Part shown: in pieces, positions 12,171 to 22,339 of the stretch
Layout: every line of letters begins with the position of its first letter
How positions within the stretch are numbered: position 1 is the first letter of the stretch
From: Leucoraja erinacea
Taxonomy: Eukaryota
Length of the DNA stretch: 64,000 nt
Assembly: GCF_028641065.1 (NCBI RefSeq)
Contig: NW_026576077.1
Location: 62,001-126,000 of the forward strand
Direction: 5' to 3'
Translations under genes and position numbers: made by a program
The notes under the pieces: model-generated
Told to the model about the DNA's origin: nothing
The model's input: the letters and a program-made list of their open reading frames with translations, nothing else
Database searches by the model: none

Positions 12171-13899
12171 TGCCCCTGATTCATTAAACATAACCCCGAC
12201 AGGTGGAACCGAGTCACAACTCTCCCCCCCAGAATTAAAGGGCCCTTTTAGAAAGGGAGATGAGGAGAATTTCCCTGTGGAACCCCACACAGACCTGTCT
12301 CCACAAGTCAGTGGATATCCCCCTCTCAAAGTCCTCCCCCAAACTGCCTCCTCGCTCCCTAGATGCCTCACCCTCTCACTTTTTGTCCCCCCCCTGTCCC
12401 AGGGTTATGGGGAGAAGGCAGGAGAATGGGATCTGGGGCTTGAATCTGCCATGCTTGCAGAGTGACCGATGGGCCGATGGCCTCTCCTGAACTTGTGGAC
12501 CAGAGACAGCCCTTCAGCCCAAAGTTGCTGAGCGTGATGGCCCTACCATCAGTCACGTCCTATCCCCATTCCCTCCTCCAATAGGTGCAGGAGTAGAGGC
12601 CTTGCCCTTCGAGCCTGCACCGCCATTGTCTCTCTGAAGCTGATCATCCAACTCAGTATCCCGTACCTGCCACATCTAACTCCCTCTTAAATATAGCTGT
12701 GTGGCCTCAACTACCTCCTGTGGCAGAGAATTCCACAGATTCACCACCTCCGTGTGGAAAAATGTTTTTCTCTCTCGGTCCTAAAAGACTTCCCCTCCTT
12801 GAACTGTGGCCCCTTGTTCCTCCCCAACATCGGGAACAATCTTCCTGCATCTCCTCCCTCCTCTCTCCCCCCCCCCCATCCCCTCTCTCAATCTCCTCTC
12901 CTCCCCCATCCTCCTCCTCCCCTCTCTCCCCATCCTCTCTCCCTCTCCCCCCTCTCCCCCCCTCTCCTGAACCTCTCTGCACTCCCCTCTCCTGCAATAA
13001 TCTCCCCCTCTCTCCAGGTTGTGGTCTCACCAAGACCCTGTACAACTGCCCCTCCCTGCTCTCCTAACCCCCCCTTCACTGCTGCTGCACCTGCAAATGC
13101 CTACCTTCAAATGACTGGTGTCCCTTACACCCAGTCTCCCCGCCTCCCCTTTTCCCAATCGGCCACCATTTAGATAATAGTCTGTCTTTCCCGTTTTTTT
13201 GCAAACCAAAATGGATAACCTCCATTTATCCACATTACTACTGCTCTGACTGTCCACTCCCCAGCCTATCCCAGTCACCTCCTAGCATCCTCCTCCCCAC
13301 TCCCCACTGCCCCCCCTCTTAGGGTCATCCGCAAACTTGGAGATATTCCCTTCAATTCCCTCATCCAGATCATTAATATATATTTTAAATAGCTGGGGTC
13401 CCAGCACTGACCTTGCGGTACCCCACTCCTCCCCCCTCTCCTAACTCAAATCCTTTTGCTATGAAGTGCTGTTTTCATGTGCTTGTCTAAAACCTCCTAA
13501 ACACCACTATATATCAGCCTCCACCACCAGCCACCCTCTGTGTACCTGCCCCCCACTCCCCGTCCTTTAATACTGAGGCTGTGCCCTCTAATCCTGGACT
13601 CTCCACACCCATTGTATCTACAGCACAGATGCTGCCTGATCTGCTGGACTGGTGCTCCCTCTGCTGCCCATCACTGGCACTGCGCTACGCTGCTCTCAAC
13701 AATAAGATGTTATTAGAATGAAATAACATCCACACTCCCCATCCAGGGCATCAAGGCAAGAATTAAAGGACTTTCCTTTAGGAAGAGATCCATCTTCTCC
13801 GATTCTCTGAATCTGTCACATTATTTGCCACAGACGGCTGTGGAGCCACCCGTGGATTATTTAAGGAGAGATAGATAGATTCTTGAGTTTCCGGGGTGT

Positions 13900-13944
13900 A
13901 AAATGGAGAAAGCCGAGTTAGATGGGGAGATGACCGTCCAGATT
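13900..13944 (+). CDS. hes7: HES7-like exon 3 remnant (helix 2)
   Basis: Reads KMEKAELDGEMTVQI, matching the HES-family KLEKA(D/E)ILEMTV motif; embedded in chimeric low-quality sequence. Confidence 0.45.
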
Positions 13945-13991
13945 TGGCGGAGGAATGCGCCGAATGGCCCGACCCCCACCTTATAACACAG

Positions 13992-14123
13992 CGTGACAGG
14001 CAGCATCTCTGTAGAAGGAATGGGTGACGTTTTGGGTCGAGACCCTTCTTCAGACTGAACTGAAGAAGGGTCTTGACCTGAAACGTCACCCATTCCTTCT
14101 CTCCAGATATGCTGCCTGTCACA
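13992..14123. mobile_element. Palindromic Penelope-terminus-derived element with hammerhead-like cores
   Basis: Long inverted repeat GGCAGCATCTCT..GGGTGACGTTT..GACCCTTCTTCAG / CTGAAGAAGGGTC..GAAACGTCACCC..GCTGCC. Confidence 0.55.
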
Positions 14124-15881
14124 GAGTGATACAGTGTGGAAACAGGCCCTTCGGCCCAACTTGGCCACACCACCCAACATGTCCCAGATACACTAGTCCC
14201 ACCTGCCCGCATATGGCCCATATCCCTCCAAACCTGTCCTATCCATGTACCTGTCTAACTGTTTCTTAAACAATGGGACAATCCCAGCCTCAACTACCTC
14301 CTCTGGCAGCTTGTTCCATACACCCACCACCCTCTGTGTATAAAAGTCACCCCTCAGATTCCTATTAAATCTTTTCCCCTTCACCTTGAACCTGTGTCCT
14401 CTGGTCCTCGATTCCCCTACTCTGGGCAAGAGACTCTGTGCATCTACCTGATCTATTCCTCTCATGATTTTTATACACCTCTGCAAGATGCCTCCTCATC
14501 CTCCTGCGCTCCATGGAATAAAGTCCCAACCTCTCCCTATAGATCACACCACCTAGTCCTGGCAACATCCTCGTGAATCTTCTCTGCACCCTTTCCAGCT
14601 TGTAACATGGTGCCCAGAATGCGGCCTCAACGCCTTGTACAACTGCAACATGACCCCTGCTGAAGGACATGTTGGTCAACGTTGTTAGGGAAGTCCAGGA
14701 CAAGGGGTCACAGCTTAAGGATAAGGGGGAAATCCTTTAAAAACCGAGATGAGAAGAAACTTTTTCACACAGAGAGTGGTGAATCTCTGGAACTCTCTGC
14801 CACAGAGGGTAGTTGAGGCCAGTTCATTTGGCTATATTTAAGAGGGAGTTAGATGTGGCCCTTGTGGCTAAGGGGATCAGGGGGTATGGAGAGAAGGCAG
14901 GTACGGGATACTGAGTTGGATGATCAGCCATGATCACATTGAATGGCGGTGCAGGCTCGAAGGGCCGAATGGCCTCTACTCCTGCACATAATTTCAATGT
15001 TTCTAACGTGGGCAAGACCAGAAGATGCAGGGACAGAGAAGGGCCGAAGGGCCTGTTTCCATGCTGTAATTATGCTCCGATATTTTTTTTTAAAGCATTG
15101 CACAAAAAAAATGAGAGAATGTTGGCAATTGTGGTAAAAAGTCTCATTAGAATTTGTGTTATGATTGTGTTTATAGTTTGTTTGGTTGTTTTGTTGTTTG
15201 TCTTTTGCACAAAAGTCCGCGAGCATTGCCACTTTCATTTCACTGCACATCTCGTATGTGTATGTGACAAATAAACTTGACTTGACTTGACTTAGAAGTT
15301 TTTTTTGTCCCGCCTGAGTGTTTTAAAACACAAAAAAAAACTCTTCATAAACAGTCCGGCCGTGATGTTTAAAGCTGTTTATTGCGGACAAATGCAGTTT
15401 TTTTTTGCCATTTCACACCCCAAAAACTTGCAGTGAGCGCTTTAGTTCAATGGCTGAAGGGTTAGGGTTGTTCGCTGTGATAGATATTGATTCCCAGACA
15501 TGCAGCGGGTAAAATGCAACGAGTGAGGCCGGTCTCCGTGTTGCATAAATCTGTCTGCATGAAATAAACAGCGAGGAGTTCCTCTCTGAAGGGTTAGGGT
15601 TGTTCGCTGTGATAGATATTCGCAGTTCCCCGACCCGCCTCTTGATTCCCAGACATGCAGCGGGTGAAATGCAACGAGTAAGACCGGTCTCTGTGCTGCA
15701 AGACTCTGTCTGCATGGAATAAACAGCGAGGAGTGGGTCTCTGTGCTGCAAGACTCTGTCTGCATGGAATAAACAGCGAGGAGTGGGTCTCTGTGCTGTA
15801 TAACTCTGTCGGCATGAAGTTCCTCTCTTGCAGCTGTCGAAGCGATGACTGTGATCGGCTGCTCCGACCTACACTTTCATC

Positions 15882-15963
15882 GGTAGCGTGGCCGAGCGGT
15901 CTAAGGCGCTGGATTTAGGCTCCAGTCTCTTCGGAGGCGTGGGTTCGAATCCCACCGCTGCCA
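15882..15963 (+). tRNA. tRNA-Leu(TAG)
   Basis: GGTAGCGTGGCCGAGCGGTCTAAGGCGCTGGATTTAGGCTCCAGTCTCTTCGGAGGCGTGGGTTCGAATCCCACCGCTGCCA: intact cloverleaf, A and B boxes, long variable arm, TTTT terminator at 15972-15975. Confidence 0.98.
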
Positions 15964-16354
15964 GCGGGATCTTTTCTCCAGTTTTAATCTAATTGTTTGT
16001 GCGTTGTAACGTTTTAAGCAAAAGTTATGAAATCCTAAAGTCAGGACAGGGCCGTGACCGCCATTAGTCGGCAAAAGTTCTATCGCAAGTGAGATCAGGT
16101 AGACACACACCTGGAACTGCAGATTCATGTTGGTTTTAAAAAAAGATACAAAGTGCTGGAGTAACTCAGCGGGTCAGGCAGCATGTCTGGAGGCCATAGA
16201 TAGGTGACGTTTCGGGTCGAGACCCTGATTTCTGTTATTTGCACTTTAACTATATAACCATATAACAATTACAGCACGGAAACAGGCCATCTCGGCCCTT
16301 CTAGTCCGTGCCGAACACATATTCTCCCCTAGTCCCATATACCTGCGCTCAGAC

Positions 16355-17110
16355 CATAACATAGAAACATAGAAATTAGGTGCAGGAGTAGAGGCCATTC
16401 GGCCCTTCGAGCCTGCACCGCCATTCAATATGATCATGGCTGATCATCCAACTCAGTATCCCGTACCTGCCTTCTCTCCATACCCCCTGATCCCTTTAGC
16501 CACAAGGGCCACATCTAACTCCCTCTTAAATATAGCCAATGAACTGGCCTCAACTACCCTCTGTGGCAGAGAGTTCCAGAGATTCACCACTCTGTGTGAA
16601 AAAAAGTTCTTCTCATCTCGGTTTTAAAGGATTTCCCCCTTATCCTTAAGCTGTGACCCCTTGTCCTGGACTTCCCCAACATCGGGAACAATCTTCCTGC
16701 ATCTAGCCTGTCCAACCCCTTAAGAATTTTGTAAGTTTCTATAAGATCCCCTCTCAATCTCCTAAATTCTAGAGAGTATAAACCAAGTCTATGCAGTGTT
16801 TCTTCATAAGACAGTCCCGACATCCCAGGAATCAGTCTGGTGAACCTTCTCTGCACTCCCTCTATGGCAATAATGTCCTTCCTCAGATTAGGAGACCAAA
16901 ACTGTATGCAATACTCCAGGTGTGGTTTCACCAAGACCCTGTACAACTGCAGTAGAACCTCCCTGCTCCTACACTCAAATCCTTTTGTAATGAATGCTAA
17001 CACACCATTCGCTTTCTTCACTGCCTGCTGCACCTGCATGCTTACCTTCAATGACTGGTGTACCATGACACCCAGGTCTCGCTGCATCTCCCCCTTTCCC
17101 AATCGGCCAT
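16355..17110 (-). mobile_element. CR1-clade LINE 3' fragment
   Basis: ORF 16584..17102 QRDLGVMVH..LYRVLVKPHLEYCIQFWSP.. Confidence 0.9.
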
Positions 17111-17283
17111 CAACCCAGGTCTCCGGCGATGTGAGGCAGCAGCTCTACCCGCTGCTCCACACAGATCAAGGGCGGGCCTGTTGTTCCTGAACGGTTTACT
17201 AATCAAAATCATAATCTGAACATCAATTCTTCCTCCTGCCAGTCTGACCCAGTCACAAGAGACATCCTTGGCTTCAACAAACT

Positions 17284-17289
17284 TTTATT
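17284..17289 (-). terminator. Candidate polyadenylation signal of homeobox gene B
   Basis: AATAAA on the minus strand ~600 nt after the stop codon at 17885. Confidence 0.45.
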
Positions 17290-17884
17290 TCAATATTCGA
17301 TGCAGGAACAACAAAAAAAACACACACATGTTGTTAAAGGAAACACGAGGTGCAGATTGGTGCATGGACTGGCTGTGAAACTGTCCTCAAAGTCCACTCT
17401 CCCTCCCCCCCCCCCCCCCCCCCCAACCCAACCCAACCCAACCCAACCCACCCACCCACACACTGCACTAAAATATCACAAGAGCCTTGGGCACCAATTG
17501 TCAAATAGAAACATACAAAAACAGTCCGGGATTTGCTGTGGAAACAATCTCCACTTAAATGCAAACACGTCAATAATCATCTTAAAAAAATATTAAAACC
17601 ATTCTTGGTAAAACTTTCTATTGAGCGGGGATGAGAAAGGAGAGAGGGGCTGGGGGGGGGGTGGGCAAAAGGTGCAGAGAAATGAGAGAGAGTATGAGGG
17701 GAATGTTATATTACTGAATTACATTTCTTCACCACTAGACCAGTCTCACCCAACTAAATATTATAAAAACAAACCGTAGTAAAGATGGACGCAGAGTGCT
17801 GGAGTAACTCAGTGAGGATCAGAAAGTTCTCCACAGATGCTGCCTGACCCACTGAGTTACTCCGGCACTCTGTGTCTGTCAGTC

Positions 17885-18487
17885 TCAGCCCACTAAGCTG
17901 TGACTACAGGACTGTGTGTAGGCAGGTGATTCCGCATCGTAGGTGTCCAGCAGTGGAGTGATCATCATGTACCCCGAGCAGTGACCCGACTGCAGGGAGC
18001 TCCAGCCGTTCTGGTAGATGTGAATGTCCTGAGTGGTCCTGGTCCCCACTCTGACCCTCACCTCCGGGAGGGACGAGAGCTCAGCTTGTGTCAATGAGTA
18101 GGTGGGCGACAGAGGTGGGTTCTGGAGCTGCTCCATGTAAGAGGGGGCGGGGGCATCCCCCGGGACCACCCGGCCCATCCCACACCTGGGGTCTGTGAAT
18201 GGTGGAGGTGGCGTCTCTGGAACCACCAGGTGCTCCTGGCAGAAGCCGCCCAGGTGAGTGTCCAGGTGGTTCTCTGACGGTGAGGTCTGGAAGTGGAAGC
18301 AGGAACCGGCAGGGTGGGTCTCCAGATTTCCCTGGACGGAGGGGGGCTGTAGTAGCTCGGAGAACGGCTGCTCCATCAGTGATCTCTGTCCCATCATCTC
18401 CTCACTGCACAGAGCAGAGCTGTGTTCATGGCCATGGATGTGGCACTTCACCAGGTCTGGCATCAGTCCCTGATCCAGAGAGAGAGG
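17885..18487 (-). CDS. NANOG-like homeobox gene B, terminal exon 4 (PLSLDQGLMPDL...SHSLVG*)
   Basis: Acceptor ttttccttgcag|, phase 0, 603 nt open to TGA; S/P/Q-rich C-terminus. Confidence 0.7.
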   Translation of the reverse strand, partial: PLSLDQGLMPDLVKCHIHGHEHSSALCSEEMMGQRSLMEQPFSELLQPPSVQGNLETHPAGSCFHFQTSPSENHLDTHLGGFCQEHLVVPETPPPPFTDPRCGMGRVVPGDAPAPSYMEQLQNPPLSPTYSLTQAELSSLPEVRVRVGTRTTQDIHIYQNGWSSLQSGHCSGYMMITPLLDTYDAESPAYTQSCSHSLVG

Positions 18488-18513
18488 CTGCAAGGAAAAG
18501 CCCAGCGTTACTG

Positions 18514-19285
18514 TGCTGCAGGTACAACCGCTCACACCTGTGGTGCAGGTACAACCGTGCACACTTGTGGTGCAGGTACAACCGCACACACCTGTGGTGC
18601 AGGTACAACCGCACACACCTGTGGTGCAGGTACAACCGCACACACCTGTGGTGCAGGTACAACCGCTCACACCTGTGGTGCAGGTACAACCGTGCACACT
18701 TGTGGTGCAAAAACAACCGCACACACCTGTGGTGCAGGTACAACCGCTCACACCTGTGGTGCAGGTACAACCGCACACACCTGTGGTGCAAGAACAGCCG
18801 CTCACACCTGTGGTGCAGGTACAACCGCACACACCTGTGGTGCAGGTACAACCGCTCACACCTGTGGTGCAGGTACAACCGTGCACACCTGTGGTGCAGG
18901 TACAACCGTGCACACTTGTGGTGCAGGTACAACCGCTCACACCTGTGGTGCAGGTACAGCCGCTCACACCTGTGGTGCAGGTACAACCGCTCACACCTGT
19001 GGTGCAGGTACAACCGCTCACACCTGTGGTGCAGATACAACCGCACACACCTGTGGTGCAGGTACAACCGCTCACACCTGTGGTGCAGGTACAACCGCAC
19101 ACACCTGTGGTGCAAAAACAACCGCTCACACCTGTGGTGCAGGTACAACCGCTCACACCTGTGGTGCAGGTACAACCGCTCACACCTGTGGTGCAGGTAT
19201 AACCGCACACACCTGTAGTGTAAAAACAACCACACACACCTGTGGTACAGGTACAACCGCTCACACCTGAGGTGCAGGTACAGTC
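18514..19285. repeat. 27-bp intronic minisatellite (~28 copies)
   Basis: Unit GTGGTGCAGGTACAACCGCTCACACCT; lies between the exon 3 donor (19346) and exon 4 acceptor (18488) of gene B. Confidence 0.95.
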
Positions 19286-19346
19286 GCGCACGGGGGGGAG
19301 GGGGAGGGGGGGGCAGAGCAGAGGGTGCAGGGGAGCGGTCAAGTAC

Positions 19347-19439
19347 CTGGCCGGAGAAGGGGCTGATGTCCGGTTCAGGCCAGCCCAGTGGGTGCTGGCG
19401 TTTCAGCTTCATCCTTCGATTCTGATACCATGTCTTGAC
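19347..19439 (-). CDS. Homeobox gene B exon 3 (VKTWYQNRRMKLKRQHPLGWPEPDISPFSGQ)
   Basis: gatttcag|GTC AAG ACA TGG TAT CAG AAT CGA AGG ATG AAG ... CAG|gtactt; 93 nt; homeodomain helix 3. Confidence 0.85.
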
Positions 19440-20699
19440 CTGAAATCAACATGAAGTGAACATTAAAAATTGCTTCCCCCCCCCCCAACACTGCCCCCTC
19501 CCCCCACAGCCCCTTACAACACACACATATATATATATACACACACACCTCCCCNNNNNNNNNNNNNNNNNNNNNNNNNNNNNNNNNNNNNNNNNNNNNN
19601 NNNNNNNNNNNNNNNNNNNNNNNNNNNNNNNNNNNNNNNNNNNNNNNNNNNNNNNNNNNNNNNNNNNNNNNNNNNNNNNNNNNNNNNNNNNNNNNNNNNN
19701 NNNNNNNNNNNNNNNNNNNNNNNNNNNNNNNNNNNNNNNNNNNNNNNNNNNNNNNNNNNNNNNNNNNNNNNNNNNNNNNNNNNNNNNNNNNNNNNNNNNN
19801 NNNNNNNNNNNNNNNNNNNNNNNNNNNNNNNNNNNNNNNNNNNNNNNNNNNNNNNNNNNNNNNNNNNNNNNNNNNNNNNNNNNNNNNNNNNNNNNNNNNN
19901 NNNNNNNNNNNNNNNNNNNNNNNNNNNCCCCTACAACACAACACACACACACACAGCCCCCCCCCACACACACATATATATATACACACACACACCTCCC
20001 CACATACACACACACCAGCCCCTACAACACACGCACACACANNNNNNNNNNNNNNNNNNNNNNNNNNNNNNNNNNNNNNNNNNNNNNNNNNNNNNNNNNN
20101 NNNNNNNNNNNNNNNNNNNNNNNNNNNNNNNNNNNNNNNNNNNNNNNNNNNNNNNNNNNNNNNNNNNNNNNNNNNNNNNNNNNNNNNNNNNNNNNNNNNN
20201 NNACATACACACACACAGTCCCCGTGTGAGAGGAGGAAGGAGAGAGAAAGAGGGGGGGGGGGGGGGGGTAGAGAGGGGGGGGGGAGAGAGGGGGGTGATA
20301 GAGGGGAGCAGAGTTACCCCCCCCCCACACACGTTATATATATACACACAGCCCCCGGGTGAGAGGAGGAAGGGGGGGTGGGGGGTATGTAAGAGGGGGG
20401 GGGTAGAGGGGGTAATAGAGGGGAGCAGAGTTACCCCCCCACACACACACCCTCCCCACACACACACAGCCCCCCACACACACAGCCCCCCACACAGTCC
20501 CCGGGTGAGAGGAGGAAGGGGGGGGGGGGGGTAGTAGAGGGGGGGGGGGGGAAGAGGGGGTGATAGAGGGGAGCAGAGTTACCCCCCCCACACACACACA
20601 TCCCCCCCGGGTGAGAGGGGGTAGAGAGAGAGGGGGGGGGGGGGGGGGTAGAGGGGTAATAGAGGGGAGCAGAGTTACCCCCCCCACACAACCACACAC

Positions 20700-20861
20700 C
20701 TGTTTTACAGTCGAGGCCCAGTGAGGCTGCGAGCTCCGCCCGTTCCCCGGGACTAAGGTATCGCTGCTGCCGGAACCGCTGCATCAGTTGCCGCTTCTGC
20801 TCCAGGCTGAAGACGGTCCGCCTGCGGCCACTCGGCCCGGCCCCTCGCTGCTGTCCCGCAC
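20700..20861 (-). CDS. Homeobox gene B exon 2 (..GRRRTVFSLEQKRQLMQRFRQQRYLSPGERAELAASLGLDCK[Q])
   Basis: Acceptor gggttcag|, homeodomain helices 1-2, donor cag|gtgtgt; one extra A (TGTAAAACAG) relative to the expected K43-Q44 end. Confidence 0.8.
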
Positions 20862-21674
20862 CTGAACCCACAGAGGCAACAGCGTCAGTCACACAGACCC
20901 TTCCGCCCCTCCGCCCGCGTCCTAGCCCACCCCGAGCCGGGCTAGGTTGAAAAACCGAGATTCTGCTGATGTATAGGATGTCGGTCAGGATGTCAACTCC
21001 AAGCCCCTCTCCTCACCCTCTCCCCCCTCTCCCTCCTCTCCCCCCCCCCCTCCTCCCCCCCCTCTCCTCTCCTCTCCCTCTCTCCCTCTCCTCCTCTCCC
21101 TCTCCTCTCTCCTCCTCCCTCCTCTCCCCCCCCCTCCTCTCCNNNNNNNNNNNNNNNNNNNNNNNNNNNNNNNNNNNNNNNNNNNNNNNNNNNNNNNNNN
21201 NNNNNNNNNNNNNNNNNNNNNNNNNNNNNNNNNNNNNNNNNNNNNNNNNNNNNNNNNNNNNNNNNNNNNNNNNNNNNNNNNNNNNNNNNNNNNNNNNNNN
21301 NNNNNNNNNNNNNNNNNNNNNNNNNNNNNNNNNNNNNNNNNNNNNNNNNNNNNNCCCCCTCTCTCCCCCTCTCCTCCCCTCCTCCCNNNNNNNNNNNNNN
21401 NNNNNNNNNNNNNNNNNNNNNNNNNNNNNNNNNNNNNNNNNNNNNNNNNNNNNNNNNNNNNNNNNNNNNNNNNNNNNNNNNNNNNNNNNNNNNNNNNNNN
21501 NNNNNNNNNNNNNNNNNNNNNNNNNNNNNNNNNNNNNNNNNNNNNNNNNNNNNNNNNNNNNNNNNNNNNNCCCCCCCCTCCTCTCCCTCCCCGCCCCGCG
21601 AGTTCCCGTGTTCAGCCGCCTAGAGTCGGCGCTTGACCGGGACTGGGGCCGGAGAGTCGCCGCTTCACACTGAC

Positions 21675-21887
21675 CGTGGCTCGAGTCCAGGTGCAGGTTG
21701 TCCCCGGGGCGGTGGTGGGGGGAGGGTGAGGGGTGGTGAGGGGGTGGGGGTGAGGGTGAGGGTTGGTGGGGAGGGGTGAGGGTGGGTGGGGAGGGGGTTG
21801 AGGAGGGGGTGAGGGTGGGTGCGGGGTCGGGCTGTTGTCCAGGTGTGCCGGGGACGGCAGCAGGTATTCCAGGTAAACCTCGTCCAT
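21675..21887 (-). CDS. Homeobox gene B probable exon 1 (MDEVYLEYLLPSP.. Pro/His-rich)
   Basis: Kozak gccaATGG ~40 nt downstream of a TATA box; donor cacg|gtcagt; phase off by 1 nt within a C-rich tract. Confidence 0.55.
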
Positions 21888-21928
21888 TGGCAGCGGGAGA
21901 CGATGAACCTGCTGCCCCGAGGCTGCGA

Positions 21929-21936
21929 CTTTTATA
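21929..21936 (-). promoter_or_regulatory. TATA box of homeobox gene B
   Basis: GGGTATAAAAG on the minus strand, upstream of the ATG at 21887. Confidence 0.6.
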
Positions 21937-22339
21937 CCCGGAGTGGGACTTGATAACGAGGTGTGAGACTGGGGGAGTCACTGAGTGACACAGCGTGGAA
22001 ACAGGCCCTTCGGCCCAACTGGCCCTTCCCTGCCCAACAATGTCCCAGCTACACTAGTCCCACCTGCTCATGTTTGGCCCATATCCCTCCACACATGTGT
22101 TTAAGAGGGAACTGCAGATGCTGGAGAATCGAAGGTTACACAAAAAAAAAAGCTGGAGAAACTCAGCGGGTGCAGCAGCATCTATGGAGCGAAGGAAATA
22201 TTTCCTTCGCTCCATAGATGCTGCTGCACCCGCTGAGTTTCTTCAGCTTTTTTTTGTGTAACCTCCCTCCACACCTGTCCTATCCATGTACCTGTCTAAC
22301 TGTTTCTTAAACATTGGGATAGTCCCAGTCTCAACTACC

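Noticed and set aside
16187-16200. TGGAGGCCATAG as the HES WRPW terminus
   Set aside because: It reads WRP-stop, lies inside a copy of the palindromic repeat family and is beyond the tRNA; not a credible last exon.
18199-19412. Long Cys/His-rich repeat ORFs in several frames (metallothionein- or keratin-associated-like CTCTTGVSG repeats)
   Set aside because: The 27-bp unit lacks stops in most frames, and splice signals at 19346 and 18488 place it in an intron. Only 17885-18487 and 19347-19439 are credible exons.
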